A stretch of DNA of 62,153 nucleotides. Origin: a virus (taxonomy: Duplodnaviria; Caudoviricetes). Numbering within the stretch: position 1 is the first letter of the stretch; every line of letters begins with the position of its first letter. Both the position numbers and the translations under genes were made by a program. Under the pieces are notes generated by a model. That model saw only the letters and a list, made by a program, of their open reading frames with translations, had not been told where the DNA came from and ran no database searches. Positions 10,023 to 20,190 of the stretch are shown piece by piece. The stretch is taken from positions 1-62,153 of the IMG/VR virus record IMGVR_UViG_3300025141_000088, one strand, 5' to 3'.

Positions 10023-12452
10023 ATGTCTAAAGTTGAAACCGTTAATCGAGAAACGAAAGAATATTTTGATGGTGATGAACTCGCCACCAATGTTTTTATA
10101 ACAAAATACGCCCTACGGGACAAGAAGGGGGATTTTAAAGAGACAAACCCCAATGACATGCACATCCGAATAGCCAGCGAATTCTCCCGCATTGAAGCCA
10201 AGTTCGGTGGCAAACAATTGAGCAAGGAAACCATTTTTGACGATATCAAGGGTTTTAAAAAGATTGTTCCGCAGGGATCTCCTATGTATGGTATCGGGAA
10301 CAATTTTGTCAACGTATCTCTCTCAAATTGTGTTGTTGTCGATTCTCCCAAAGATAATATTTCCTCAATCATGGATTCAGGAAAAGACCTTGCTAACCTC
10401 TTTAAGCGCCGTTGTGGTGTTGGACTGGACATTTCGAACCTCCGACCCGAAGGTGCTGCTGTCGGCAATAGTGCGGGAACCACCACCGGTGCATGGTCCT
10501 TTGCTGACTTTTATTCTTATGTCTGCCGAATGGTAGGTCAGAATGGCCGCCGTGGTGCGTTAATGATCACGATGGACGTGCGTCACCCTGACATCGAGAG
10601 GTTCATTGAGATGAAGCATGACCTAACAAAGGTCACAGGCGCAAATATTTCGGTGAAGATCAGTGATGACTTTATGGAAGCAGTCGATGGCGACGAGAAC
10701 TTTACGCTGAGTTATCCTGTCGGCCACCAACGCCCAAAAATCTCTAAAGAGGTCCGAGCAGTTGATGTCTGGAATAAGATTGTGGAGTCTGCAACGAACA
10801 CTGCAGAGCCCGGTATCTTAATGTGGGACAACATCACAAAGAATCTGCCAGCGCACGAGTATCCAGCATACAAGACCATCTGCACGAACCCTTGCGCCGA
10901 GATTCCACTATCGGCTTACGACAGCTGCAGACTCATCTCTGTTAATCTTAAAAATTTCGTCAAGGAACCATTTACCAGCAACGCTTCTTTTGACTTCGAT
11001 GACTTCGGTCACACCGTGAGACACGCAATGCGCTTGTCTGATGATTTGGTTGAGCTAGAAATAGAGAAGATTGAGGCAATCATGGCATCTTGCGACACTA
11101 AGGACGAGAAGGCCCTGTGGCTCAAACTTCGTGACGCTGCATCAAATGGCCGCCGCACAGGACTGGGCACCCATGGCCTTGCCGACGCCCTTGCGTGCCT
11201 GTGCATGCGATACGACAGTGACGAAGCCATTAAGGTAATTGATGTGATCTACAACACGCTTAAGACTGAGGCATATCGAGAGTCTTGCAAGCTTGCAATC
11301 GAACGCGGCCCATTCCCACACTTCTCTTGGGAATTAGAGAAGGACAATGCATTCATTAAAACACTCCCAGAAGAAATTAGGGAGATGATAAAAAAGAATG
11401 GAAGAAGAAACATTTCCATCTTAACAAACGCCCCAACAGGTTCAGTATCAATCATGAGCCAGACAAGCTCGGGGCTTGAGCCAGTGTTCAGAAACTTCTA
11501 CACTCGTCGCCGCAAAATTAGCCACAACGACTCTGAGACGCAGGCTGACTTTGTTGACGAGATCGGCGACAAGTGGCAGGAATATAAGGTATTTCACCAC
11601 AACGTACAGGAGTGGAGAGAAGAAAACGAATTCCACACAGGCGAAACGATAGATGAGATTCCAGACTTCTTTGTTGAATCAGATCAGATCGACTGGCTTC
11701 GCAGGGTGGAAATTCAGGAGACAATTCAGAAACATATCGATCACGCAATATCCTCTACCATTAATCTTCCAGCAGGTACGAAGCCAGAGGTCGTTGGCGA
11801 ACTCTACAGGGAAGGTTGGAAGCGAGGACTAAAGGGGATCACCGTTTATGTTGATGGTTCGCGAACTGGCGTCCTTGTCACAGATGCAAAAGAAGAGTCA
11901 GAAGGGTTCGTCCAGCGCGATGCAGCCACAAGACCAGACTTGGTTGAGTGTGAGATCCACCGTACCACAATCAAGGGAGAGAAATGGGTTGTCCTCACTG
12001 GTCTTGTGGAAGGAAAACCATATGAACTGTTCGCCGGATTATCTTCTAAAATAACTTTGCCCAACAAACATACTCACGGAATCATCGTCAAGCATTCCCG
12101 CAAGACAACCAGATCTATCTACGACTTGGTTCTTGGAGAGGGAGACGACCAGTTGGTTATTAGTGATATCATCAATATATTCGATAATCCCAACAATGCA
12201 ATCTTCACGCGCATGATCTCTCTTTCCCTCCGCCATGGCGCAAATGTTAAGTTTATTGTCGAACAAATGCAAAAAGATCAAGATACAGACTTTACTTCGT
12301 TCAATAAAGTGTTGTCAAGAGTACTTAAGAAGTATATAACTGACGGAGAAAGAGCATCAGATAAAACCTGCCCAAGCTGCGATGCCGACGGACTCATTTA
12401 TCAGGATGGTTGTCTTGCATGTACTCAGTGCGGCTACGCTAAATGTGGATAA
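10023..12452 (+). CDS. nrdJ: class II (adenosylcobalamin-dependent) ribonucleotide reductase
   Basis: SLSNC, GVG..S.LRP, GRRGA, TNPCAE, APTGS, ISSTIN, KGITVY, C-terminal CxxC...CxxCG zinc ribbon; no small subunit nearby. Confidence 0.9.
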   Translation: MSKVETVNRETKEYFDGDELATNVFITKYALRDKKGDFKETNPNDMHIRIASEFSRIEAKFGGKQLSKETIFDDIKGFKKIVPQGSPMYGIGNNFVNVSLSNCVVVDSPKDNISSIMDSGKDLANLFKRRCGVGLDISNLRPEGAAVGNSAGTTTGAWSFADFYSYVCRMVGQNGRRGALMITMDVRHPDIERFIEMKHDLTKVTGANISVKISDDFMEAVDGDENFTLSYPVGHQRPKISKEVRAVDVWNKIVESATNTAEPGILMWDNITKNLPAHEYPAYKTICTNPCAEIPLSAYDSCRLISVNLKNFVKEPFTSNASFDFDDFGHTVRHAMRLSDDLVELEIEKIEAIMASCDTKDEKALWLKLRDAASNGRRTGLGTHGLADALACLCMRYDSDEAIKVIDVIYNTLKTEAYRESCKLAIERGPFPHFSWELEKDNAFIKTLPEEIREMIKKNGRRNISILTNAPTGSVSIMSQTSSGLEPVFRNFYTRRRKISHNDSETQADFVDEIGDKWQEYKVFHHNVQEWREENEFHTGETIDEIPDFFVESDQIDWLRRVEIQETIQKHIDHAISSTINLPAGTKPEVVGELYREGWKRGLKGITVYVDGSRTGVLVTDAKEESEGFVQRDAATRPDLVECEIHRTTIKGEKWVVLTGLVEGKPYELFAGLSSKITLPNKHTHGIIVKHSRKTTRSIYDLVLGEGDDQLVISDIINIFDNPNNAIFTRMISLSLRHGANVKFIVEQMQKDQDTDFTSFNKVLSRVLKKYITDGERASDKTCPSCDADGLIYQDGCLACTQCGYAKCG

Positions 12453-12464
12453 GGAGACAATATC

Positions 12465-13172
12465 ATGGCGAAAAAGAAAAAAGGTAAAAAAGTGAAACCC
12501 AAGAATAGGGAATTTAACCCGACCGAAGAGGAAGCTGAAAAGATTCTCACCGCACTCAAAGCACTTTACGCAGACGGCTCCGCCCTCTGGTGCGCAGCCG
12601 ATGAAGAGAAGTTCGAAGGGATGCCGACAGTTTCCGAACTCACCAGCGCAAGTACTTATGGCGAGATCACAATGCAAGGCGTAACCACCGTGATGAGAAA
12701 GTTTGCAAAGAAATTTAAAGATCCCGATTGTGTATTTTATGACCTCGGCTGCGGACTTGGGAGGCTGGTTGGACAGGTAGCTCTTCTTTCCAACGCTAAG
12801 AAGTCTATAGGTGTGGAGCTGTGCCCAAATAGGATCGCTGCAGCTAGAAACCTTGCTGACTCCATTACTTTTCCAGCAACAAAGCCAACCTTTATAGAGG
12901 GCAACTTCCTAGAACAAGATTATTCCGATGCTACGATTGTTTATATCGACAACACGATTTACCCGACCAAAGTACTGGAACAAGTTTTGTCTATTCTCCC
13001 TCCCGATTGCATCCTTATCTATCAGTCTGGGTGGCAATCCCACAGCGTACCAGCCTTCCCAGTGGAGACTACATATAATATAAAATACCGCGAATCAGGT
13101 AAGCTTAACACACTTCTTGCTTACCTGGGAACCCACTGCGCATGGCGCCCAGTAAAAGGTTTTGAATTTTAA
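12465..13172 (+). CDS. DOT1-family SAM-dependent (protein-lysine) methyltransferase
   Basis: TYGEI, VFYDLGCGLGRLVGQVA, SIGVEL, EGNFL and ATIVYIDN match the DOT1 motif series (YGE, FxDLGSGxGxxVxQxA, GVE, GDFL, VIFVNN). Confidence 0.7.
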   Translation: MAKKKKGKKVKPKNREFNPTEEEAEKILTALKALYADGSALWCAADEEKFEGMPTVSELTSASTYGEITMQGVTTVMRKFAKKFKDPDCVFYDLGCGLGRLVGQVALLSNAKKSIGVELCPNRIAAARNLADSITFPATKPTFIEGNFLEQDYSDATIVYIDNTIYPTKVLEQVLSILPPDCILIYQSGWQSHSVPAFPVETTYNIKYRESGKLNTLLAYLGTHCAWRPVKGFEF

Positions 13173-13185
13173 CACAGCATTTTAG

Positions 13186-13214
13186 TTGACTTTTATACTA
13201 GAGTGTGATATAAT
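13186..13214 (+). promoter_or_regulatory. sigma70 promoter
   Basis: TTGACT-17nt-TATAAT with TG. Confidence 0.8.
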
Positions 13215-13355
13215 ATGTACAGCCAGACGAGGGTTAAAAATCGCCCCATGACATTCAAAGAAGAGTTGGATACATATGACAAGCTCTCACGAAATTCTAA
13301 ATGGTCTGTTAAAAAAATAGCAGAACAATTCAACAAGTAGGCAAGAGGAGTTATC

Positions 13356-13613
13356 ATGACTACAGAAAATAACGAGAATAAAGTAACAAAAGAAGAACGT
13401 ATTGTAGACTACATTAAGTCAGTTGCTGCAATCGATGATGCACTTGAGCCTTTCAAGGAGCAGAAGAGAGCCTTGAAGACAAATTATGTCGAAAACAACT
13501 GGCTCGACAAGGACGAGATCAAGATGGCTATGAAAGCATATAAGATGATTAAAGATGATGTCGATCTTGATCAGCTTATGGATTTCTACGAGACTGTCGG
13601 GAGAAGCGTTTGA
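13356..13613 (+). CDS. small helical DNA-binding protein (GapR/DUF2312- or T4 DsbA-like)
   Basis: 85-aa helical pattern I..I..IDD.....EQK..LK......DK..I..A.K; GAGGAG RBS. Confidence 0.35.
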   Translation: MTTENNENKVTKEERIVDYIKSVAAIDDALEPFKEQKRALKTNYVENNWLDKDEIKMAMKAYKMIKDDVDLDQLMDFYETVGRSV

Positions 13614-13885
13614 TGAATATTCTTCCAAAGAACAAGCATATTCTAATTGAGCCAGTACCGGAAGAGGAGCAAGTACAGCCAGCTGTGCTACTCCCATCCG
13701 ACTATCAAAAGAAGGCAGAATACGTCGTCGCTAAAGTACTGAAAGTACATGACTCAGTTAAAAGCGAGATCACCGAAGGTTCTCTCGTCGTCGCAGAGCC
13801 GAATATGGTTAGGGAAGTCTCCATTGATGGCGACACCCACTATTTACTTCAAGCAAACTATGTACTTTGCGAAGTAAAGCTCTAA
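13610..13885 (+). CDS. groES: co-chaperonin GroES-like
   Basis: ILPKNKHILIEP...VLLP...AKVLKV....EG..V.....V..DG..HYLL....VL fits the Cpn10 pattern and length. Confidence 0.75.
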   Translation: MMNILPKNKHILIEPVPEEEQVQPAVLLPSDYQKKAEYVVAKVLKVHDSVKSEITEGSLVVAEPNMVREVSIDGDTHYLLQANYVLCEVKL

Positions 13886-14117
13886 TAACACGGAGATTTC
13901 GCCTACTGGCGTCACGGGCTTTATGGTACACCGCACCAGCATTTCTCAAGTGCCTCTTGAGAAGCCGCCGTTATGCCCAGACAGCCAAAACGAACAAAAA
14001 GAGAAACACTAAAGGTGTTGATGAGCGAGTATGTAATTCCAATTTTGGTTTTGATCATAATCCCATCAGCAATGCTTTCCTCTCTTTTTCTGGCTCCAGA
14101 GATCGTAGACACCATAT

Positions 14118-14945
14118 ATGACTCAATCTTATTCCTCACTTCATTACGACCATGTGATCATTGGCGGTTCCTTGGAGGCTCTTGAGTTTGCCCATCGAAC
14201 AGGTTTGCCGATCCTATCCATAGGTCAGCCACCACCCGCTATATTCTTCTTTAAGTCTGAAAGGTGGAGGCACCTATCTTTTATGTTGTCTATGACGGGC
14301 CAACTGCCTTTCGCCGATAACATTTCCAAGCTTAGGATTAATGATGATAAGACCATAAGCTGTTTTACTAACAATTCCAGAATTGTTGAAGTTTCGTTTG
14401 AAGTCGCTTACATCGTCGACGATCACAATATCGCCGGCCTCCCACTCCCAATTGAGTCTGCGAAGAAAGAATTTTTGGTGTTGGACTGGGTTAGCGTCCG
14501 ACGTGGCGGAAATCACCCCTACGACTATATCGAGGATGAAGACAGCAATTTTGTAAACAAGTTGGTTTTCTACCCTAGTCGGAGAGTGATGGGAAAGAGA
14601 GCCACGATCAAAGATGCATGTTCCATTTCGGTTCTAACAGACAAACAACTCAGAGATGTTGAATATTCAGAAACATATGTTTTCTTGAAGTCGAGAGATA
14701 TGATGAAAACAGCGGGGATCCGAGGAACAAAAAATGGAACTCAAGCAATTAGCGGAAAGCCAGCATACCTATCACTTAAGCTCGAAGTTGCTGAAAGGGA
14801 TGTGTTCCCTATGCACAAGAACGTTTATGAAAACACTGACTCTCTGCACTTCGATTTTGAACTTTACAACGAACCAAAGTCGGTGTATAATAGAAAATTA
14901 GAAAGGCTTTTAGTTGATGGAAGAGAAGAACCTAGAAGGCGTTAG
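14118..14945 (+). CDS. hypothetical protein with degenerate FAD/NAD Rossmann N-terminus
   Basis: YDHVIIGGSLEALEFA resembles YDVIIIGGGxAGL but lacks key glycines. Confidence 0.4.
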   Translation: MTQSYSSLHYDHVIIGGSLEALEFAHRTGLPILSIGQPPPAIFFFKSERWRHLSFMLSMTGQLPFADNISKLRINDDKTISCFTNNSRIVEVSFEVAYIVDDHNIAGLPLPIESAKKEFLVLDWVSVRRGGNHPYDYIEDEDSNFVNKLVFYPSRRVMGKRATIKDACSISVLTDKQLRDVEYSETYVFLKSRDMMKTAGIRGTKNGTQAISGKPAYLSLKLEVAERDVFPMHKNVYENTDSLHFDFELYNEPKSVYNRKLERLLVDGREEPRRR

Positions 14946-15813
14946 AATCCTCAAGGAAAAGCGCAAATCCAAAAAGGGAAAATATGCTGTTGGAGAATTT
15001 CATCTCGCAGGTATTGTCCCCGTCACTGGCGCAAAGCTTGACTTTAACATGCCTTGGCACGACTCTTTAATGCCCGTTGGCCAAGATTATCTTGCCGTTG
15101 AGCATGCCGTCTTCGAATGCGCTTGTGCAGGTGTTAGCACTATTTGGGTCGTCTGCAAAGAGGGTACAACCCCTCTCATACGTCACCGTCTTGGTGACTG
15201 GGTGTATGACCCTGTGGAGGTAGACAAGGTTGCAAAGAACCCGCGTTCCACACATTCAGATCATATCCGCCGCATACCAATCTATTACGTCAAGATTAAA
15301 CCTATTGACTTTGAAAGACGAGAGAGTCTTGGCTGGTCCACACTTGTTGGCGCAATCAATTCCTTTAGAATGTCCTTTCGGGTAAGCAAGTGGCTCATCC
15401 CTGATAAGTATTTTGTGTCCTTTCCCTATGGACTTTATGATCCCACCACTCTCCGCAAAAAGCGCCACATGCTTAGGTCCAGCAAATCCTATGTTGTATC
15501 CCACAACGGTAAGTCGGTAGCCGACGGCCTCCAGACTGCATTCACTTTCGACCGCGACGTCTTTGTTTATGCTCGACGGGAAGTAAGAAAATATAAAACA
15601 GAGCTTGACGAAATTTTTAAATCTGTTATACTGGATGAGCCAATAGAGATCGAGATACCTTGGTATCACCAAATCGACAGTTGGGAAAACTATAGAGAGT
15701 ATCTAACCTCAGAAAACCAACTGGTAAAACACACGGAGAACGCCAATGGCATCGTCACCTTCCAGAAAAGAGAAGCACAAAGAAATTACAGAGGCGTGGG
15801 CTCCGAGACGTGA
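14917..15813 (+). CDS. degenerate sugar nucleotidyltransferase (NTP_transferase/GT-A)-like protein
   Basis: LAGIVPVTG...LMPVG...AVEHAVFECACAGVSTIWVV resembles AxIxAAG..PKPLxPV...IEH.......GI..I.IV. A TTTACA-17-TATAAT promoter lies at 14863-14891. Confidence 0.45.
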   Translation: MEEKNLEGVRILKEKRKSKKGKYAVGEFHLAGIVPVTGAKLDFNMPWHDSLMPVGQDYLAVEHAVFECACAGVSTIWVVCKEGTTPLIRHRLGDWVYDPVEVDKVAKNPRSTHSDHIRRIPIYYVKIKPIDFERRESLGWSTLVGAINSFRMSFRVSKWLIPDKYFVSFPYGLYDPTTLRKKRHMLRSSKSYVVSHNGKSVADGLQTAFTFDRDVFVYARREVRKYKTELDEIFKSVILDEPIEIEIPWYHQIDSWENYREYLTSENQLVKHTENANGIVTFQKREAQRNYRGVGSET

Positions 15814-16138
15814 GTTGCTCTACCGCCGTGGAGATCTTATTCTGGTCCTGTTGGCTATTGACGAGTATTCTCCTTTTGACGAAGTGCCCGGCATCGTAAT
15901 TAGCGACACCCCCAAGACCTACAGCTTCGCCGAGGTGTTTTATAGCGGCCACAAAAAATTTATACACGTTGAGAGGACTTCGAGGTACGTGAAATGAAAA
16001 CTCTCAGCCTACTCGTTGCACTTTTTACCTCCACGGCCAACGTGCCTGAAAAACCCAAGCCGGACAAGCAGGAGCTTAAGAAAAAACAAAAGCTCAAGGA
16101 TATCAAACAGGCACCAAGAATATCCCCCAACAATTCAG

Positions 16139-16167
16139 TTGACAAATAAATGGTTTTCGATTATAAT
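16139..16167 (+). promoter_or_regulatory. consensus sigma70 promoter
   Basis: TTGACA-17nt-TATAAT upstream of dnaE. Confidence 0.85.
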
Positions 16168-16200
16168 AAAAAGATGCTACAGAAAAGTTCAGGAGAAAAA

Positions 16201-19200
16201 ATGACAGAAGTTAAGCGAACAGCACCGAAAGTAAAATACGTTGGACTCCACGCTCACAGTGTTGCCGGCTCCCCGTTCGATGCCCTTGGCTACCCACAAG
16301 AGCATATGGAATCTGCATATAAAAGCGGCATGGATGCCCTCGCCTTGACGGACCATGGCAACATGAATGGACTCGCTTATCAGGTGCTTCACGCAAAGAA
16401 GATGCACTCCCAAGGTAAAGATTTCAAGCCGATCTATGGTTGCGAAGCATATTTTGTTCCTAGTTTGAAAGAATGGCATGCCGAAAAGGAAGCCGCCGAA
16501 CTAGATAAGAAGAGGGCAAAAAAAGATGCCGAAGCAACTGGAACAACAGTCGAGGATGAAGAAGCTAGTAAGAGTGCTGTTAAAGACATTCTTTCTCGTC
16601 GCAGTCATCTTGTTCTTATTGCCGCTAACCAGAAAGGTCTAAACAACCTCTTCAAGATGATCTCAGAATCATACACGCCCGAAAATTTTTATAGATATCC
16701 GAGGCTAGACTTCGAAACACTTGCGACCCACAGCGAAGGAATTATAGTTTCCAGCGCCTGCATGGGCGGCGTCTTCGCTAGTGACTACTGGAAGAACCGC
16801 GAGCAGGGCGAGGAGGCTGTTCTTGAAGCCATGCATAAGACCGCAACGCGCTTCAAAGAAATCTTCGGTGACAACTTCTACGGAGAAGTTCAGTGGAATG
16901 CAATCCCCGATCAACACGCCATCAATAAATTTGTAATCAAGGTTTGTGAAGAGTTGGGCATTGAGCTTGTCTCCACGTCTGACAGTCACTATCCGAACAA
17001 GGAAGCCTGGAAGGATAGGGAACTTTATAAGAAGCTCGGCTGGCTCCGCAAGGGCCTTGAAGAGGCGACCCTTCCTGACTCAATTGATGAGACTCGTTGT
17101 GAACTCTATCCAAAGAACGGTGACGAGATGGTTGAAGCTATTCGCAAATACTCCAACCCAGACAGTTGGATCTACCGCGAGAATGACAAGCCTGTATTTC
17201 CCACAGGCGTTGAGTATGATGAGGCACTGATGATTAGCAGCGTCGAGCGCACACACCAGATCGCCCACGAGAAGGTCGAAGCGTTCTTCCCAGACAGCAC
17301 AGTACGACTCCCAGAATTCGTTGTCCCTGCAGACTGCACTGCAGAAGAGGCTCTCCTCTCTTTCGCGCAGGAAGGACTACGAACCAGAGGCTTCGCAGGA
17401 AATAAAACATATGAAGAAAGACTTCTTCAAGAATTCGATGTCATCTCCTCCCGTGGCTTTAGCAAATACTTTTTAACTATGAAGGCAATCTCGGACAAGG
17501 CCCAAGAGGTTCAACTCGTCGGCCCCGGCCGCGGCTCTGCTGCAGGTTCCCTCATCGCATACTGTCTCAACATTACTCAGATTGATCCCATCAAATACAA
17601 CTTGCAGTTTGAGAGATTCTTGCGTAAGGATGCGGTTGATTATCCAGATATCGATTATGATGTCGCCGACCCAATGGAATTAAAAGACATGCTCATTGAC
17701 GAGTGGGGAGACAACGTGGTCGTCCCAATCTCGAACTGGAACACCCTTCAATTAAGATCGCTAATCAAGGACATCTCCAAGTTCTATAGCATCGACTTTT
17801 CCGAAGTGAACAACGTGACGAGTCGCATGCTGAGCGAGGCAACTCCAAGAGCAAAAGAGGCCAATGGTATCGCCTCCGGTGTTTACACCCCAACGTTCCA
17901 TGAGGTGATGGAGTATTCAGACAGCTTGAAGCACTTCCTAGTTAAGTATCCACACGTCAAGACTCACGTTTTGCGTATCTTCGGAAGCGTTCGCTCATGT
18001 TCCCGTCACGCTGGTGGTGTCCTTGTCGGTGAAAACCTTGACAAGCATATGCCACTCATCGCCTCTGGCGGTGTCCGACAGACCCCTTGGTCCGAAGGCA
18101 TGAACGTTCGTCACTTAGAGCCGATGGGATTTATTAAGTTTGATATCCTTGGTCTGGCCTCTCTCCGAATGATTGAAGGTGCAATCCGCCACATCCTCAA
18201 GAGACACCATGGTAACACAAGCCCTTCTTTCGAGGATGTAAAAAGTTATTATAATAAACACCTCGACCCAAGCACAATTGACTTCGAAGACCAATCGGTA
18301 TGGGAGAAGATCTTTCACAAGGGAGCTTGGGCTGGAGTCTTTCAGTTCACTCAGCAGGGCGCCCAGAAGTTCTGTCAAGAAGTCAGGCCTCAGAACCTTG
18401 TTGACTTGGCAGCAATCACAGCAATCTATCGTCCTGGACCTCTGGGTGCAGGCGTCGCAAAGAAATACGTCAAGGCCTTGGAAGACCCTGATTCTATAGA
18501 ATACGGACACCCTGTCATCAAAGAGTGTCTCGAGGAAACTCACGGATTCATCATCTTCCAAGAACAATTAGCTCTTTTGGCTCACAAGCTTGGGCGTGAT
18601 GTCTCTCTTGACGAGGGCAACCTCCTGCGTAAGCTTCTAACCAAGAAGGGAACAGGTAAGGGGGCAGAGACTCTTGAGGTGATTCGTCTTAAGTTTGTGG
18701 ATGGCTGTGTCGATAAGGGAATTACGGGACAGCAGGCGATGGAGATTTGGGAGAGAATGGAATACTTCTCAGGCTATGGCTTCAATGCATCTCATGCTGT
18801 TTCTTATGCAACACTGTCTTATCAGTGCGCATGGCTCCTTCGCTACTACCCTGTAGAATGGGTCGCAGCCTTCCTTGACAAGGAACCTGAAGGACGCAAG
18901 GAAGCAGCCATCAATCTCACCAAAAGCCTTGGCTTTACTCTCGAACCTCTCAACATAAATACCTCTGGAAAAGTTTGGGAGATTTCCGAAGATGGATCAT
19001 CACTGATTCAACCTCTGACTTCAATCAAGGGCCTCGGAGATGCAGCCATCGAACAGGTCTTCAATGGGCGCCCATACAATAAGATTGAGGATTTCCTTTT
19101 CAGCGAGAAGATAACATACAGCAAGCTAAATAAGAAAGCTCTGGATGTTCTTGTTCGAAGTCAGGCTTTAAATTCTCTCATGGACGACAGGTTTACTGGA

Positions 19201-19671
19201 CTCAAGCACTATTGGTCTTCTGTCGCAGTTAACCGACCGAGAAAAGAGAAAGATTTGGACGACAACATCGCGACCTATGGACCAGAGGGTGACTTTTCTA
19301 TCGAGGAGAAAATCGAGTATCTCACCACCCTAACGGGCGTGTTTCCAATGCATCTCGTCGTGGATGAAAAAGTCCAATCTCGTTTGCGAGACTATAGTGT
19401 ACCGGCAATTTCTGAGTATGATCCTGATTTGAACTTGGTGTGGTTTATTCCACGCAAGGTTATCTCAAGAAAAACGAAGAACAACAAAACCTATTGGATT
19501 GTGGAGGTCATTGACGAGAACAGCGTGTTGACTAAAATTAAATGCTGGGGCGTCAAGCCGGGCAAGGATAACATCCACCTGAATCGGCCCTATATGGCGA
19601 AACTAGACTATAGCGAACAGTGGGGCTTCTCATCGAGAAGTATTTACCACAACTTCAGGCTGCTGGGATGA
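16201..19671 (+). CDS. dnaE: DNA polymerase III alpha subunit (family C)
   Basis: PHP motifs HAHS, TDHG, GCE, SDSHY; GRGSAAGS, PDIDYD, HAGG, KFDILGL, YGFNASHA; C-terminal OB fold; no intein seen. Confidence 0.96.
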   Translation: MTEVKRTAPKVKYVGLHAHSVAGSPFDALGYPQEHMESAYKSGMDALALTDHGNMNGLAYQVLHAKKMHSQGKDFKPIYGCEAYFVPSLKEWHAEKEAAELDKKRAKKDAEATGTTVEDEEASKSAVKDILSRRSHLVLIAANQKGLNNLFKMISESYTPENFYRYPRLDFETLATHSEGIIVSSACMGGVFASDYWKNREQGEEAVLEAMHKTATRFKEIFGDNFYGEVQWNAIPDQHAINKFVIKVCEELGIELVSTSDSHYPNKEAWKDRELYKKLGWLRKGLEEATLPDSIDETRCELYPKNGDEMVEAIRKYSNPDSWIYRENDKPVFPTGVEYDEALMISSVERTHQIAHEKVEAFFPDSTVRLPEFVVPADCTAEEALLSFAQEGLRTRGFAGNKTYEERLLQEFDVISSRGFSKYFLTMKAISDKAQEVQLVGPGRGSAAGSLIAYCLNITQIDPIKYNLQFERFLRKDAVDYPDIDYDVADPMELKDMLIDEWGDNVVVPISNWNTLQLRSLIKDISKFYSIDFSEVNNVTSRMLSEATPRAKEANGIASGVYTPTFHEVMEYSDSLKHFLVKYPHVKTHVLRIFGSVRSCSRHAGGVLVGENLDKHMPLIASGGVRQTPWSEGMNVRHLEPMGFIKFDILGLASLRMIEGAIRHILKRHHGNTSPSFEDVKSYYNKHLDPSTIDFEDQSVWEKIFHKGAWAGVFQFTQQGAQKFCQEVRPQNLVDLAAITAIYRPGPLGAGVAKKYVKALEDPDSIEYGHPVIKECLEETHGFIIFQEQLALLAHKLGRDVSLDEGNLLRKLLTKKGTGKGAETLEVIRLKFVDGCVDKGITGQQAMEIWERMEYFSGYGFNASHAVSYATLSYQCAWLLRYYPVEWVAAFLDKEPEGRKEAAINLTKSLGFTLEPLNINTSGKVWEISEDGSSLIQPLTSIKGLGDAAIEQVFNGRPYNKIEDFLFSEKITYSKLNKKALDVLVRSQALNSLMDDRFTGLKHYWSSVAVNRPRKEKDLDDNIATYGPEGDFSIEEKIEYLTTLTGVFPMHLVVDEKVQSRLRDYSVPAISEYDPDLNLVWFIPRKVISRKTKNNKTYWIVEVIDENSVLTKIKCWGVKPGKDNIHLNRPYMAKLDYSEQWGFSSRSIYHNFRLLG

Positions 19672-20180
19672 CAAAGAGGTTCAACTCAGTGGTGGTTATC
19701 CACAAAACAAAATTAAAGATCGCCGAGAGAAGGACTCTGCGAACTGCGAAAGAAACAGAAGAAGCTCGCGAAGAGTTGCAAGAAAAATACAAAGATTCAG
19801 ATTATGACGTTATTGTAACATATGGTGGCCCATTTGATGTGTTGAATTGGATGCAGCTACGCGAACTCAAAACGCTAGAACTAAACGAATAAGGAGAATT
19901 TATGAAAAAGAAATTAAAACTAAAAGCCGCGAACACAGCCGGCACTGCAAAGTTTAAAAAAGGTGCAGACCGTGAGAAAATCAAGGCCCTATGGGGCACC
20001 ACGGGCACCACAGACGAGGAGATCATCACCAACATGATGGAGAGGAACCTAGAAATTTTCCTTGACAAACTCGAAGACGAAGAGTATTCTAAGAGAGTGG
20101 CCAAGAGAAGGCAACAAAAAGATAGAGAACTTCTCAAAGGTAAGTTTTTAATTCACACAGATCCAAAAGATATCAACTAA
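19668..20180 (+). CDS. two small hypothetical proteins (19668-19892; 19902-20180)
   Basis: Coupled ORFs; AGGAG RBS before 19902. Confidence 0.55.
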
Positions 20181-20190
20181 GGAGAACGAT

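Noticed and set aside
9986-10023. Cobalamin riboswitch upstream of nrdJ
   Set aside because: Only ~36 nt of intergenic space.
10023-19671. Inteins or introns in nrdJ, dnaE, helicase or recA
   Set aside because: Lengths are normal and no intein splice motifs or homing-endonuclease insertions were seen.
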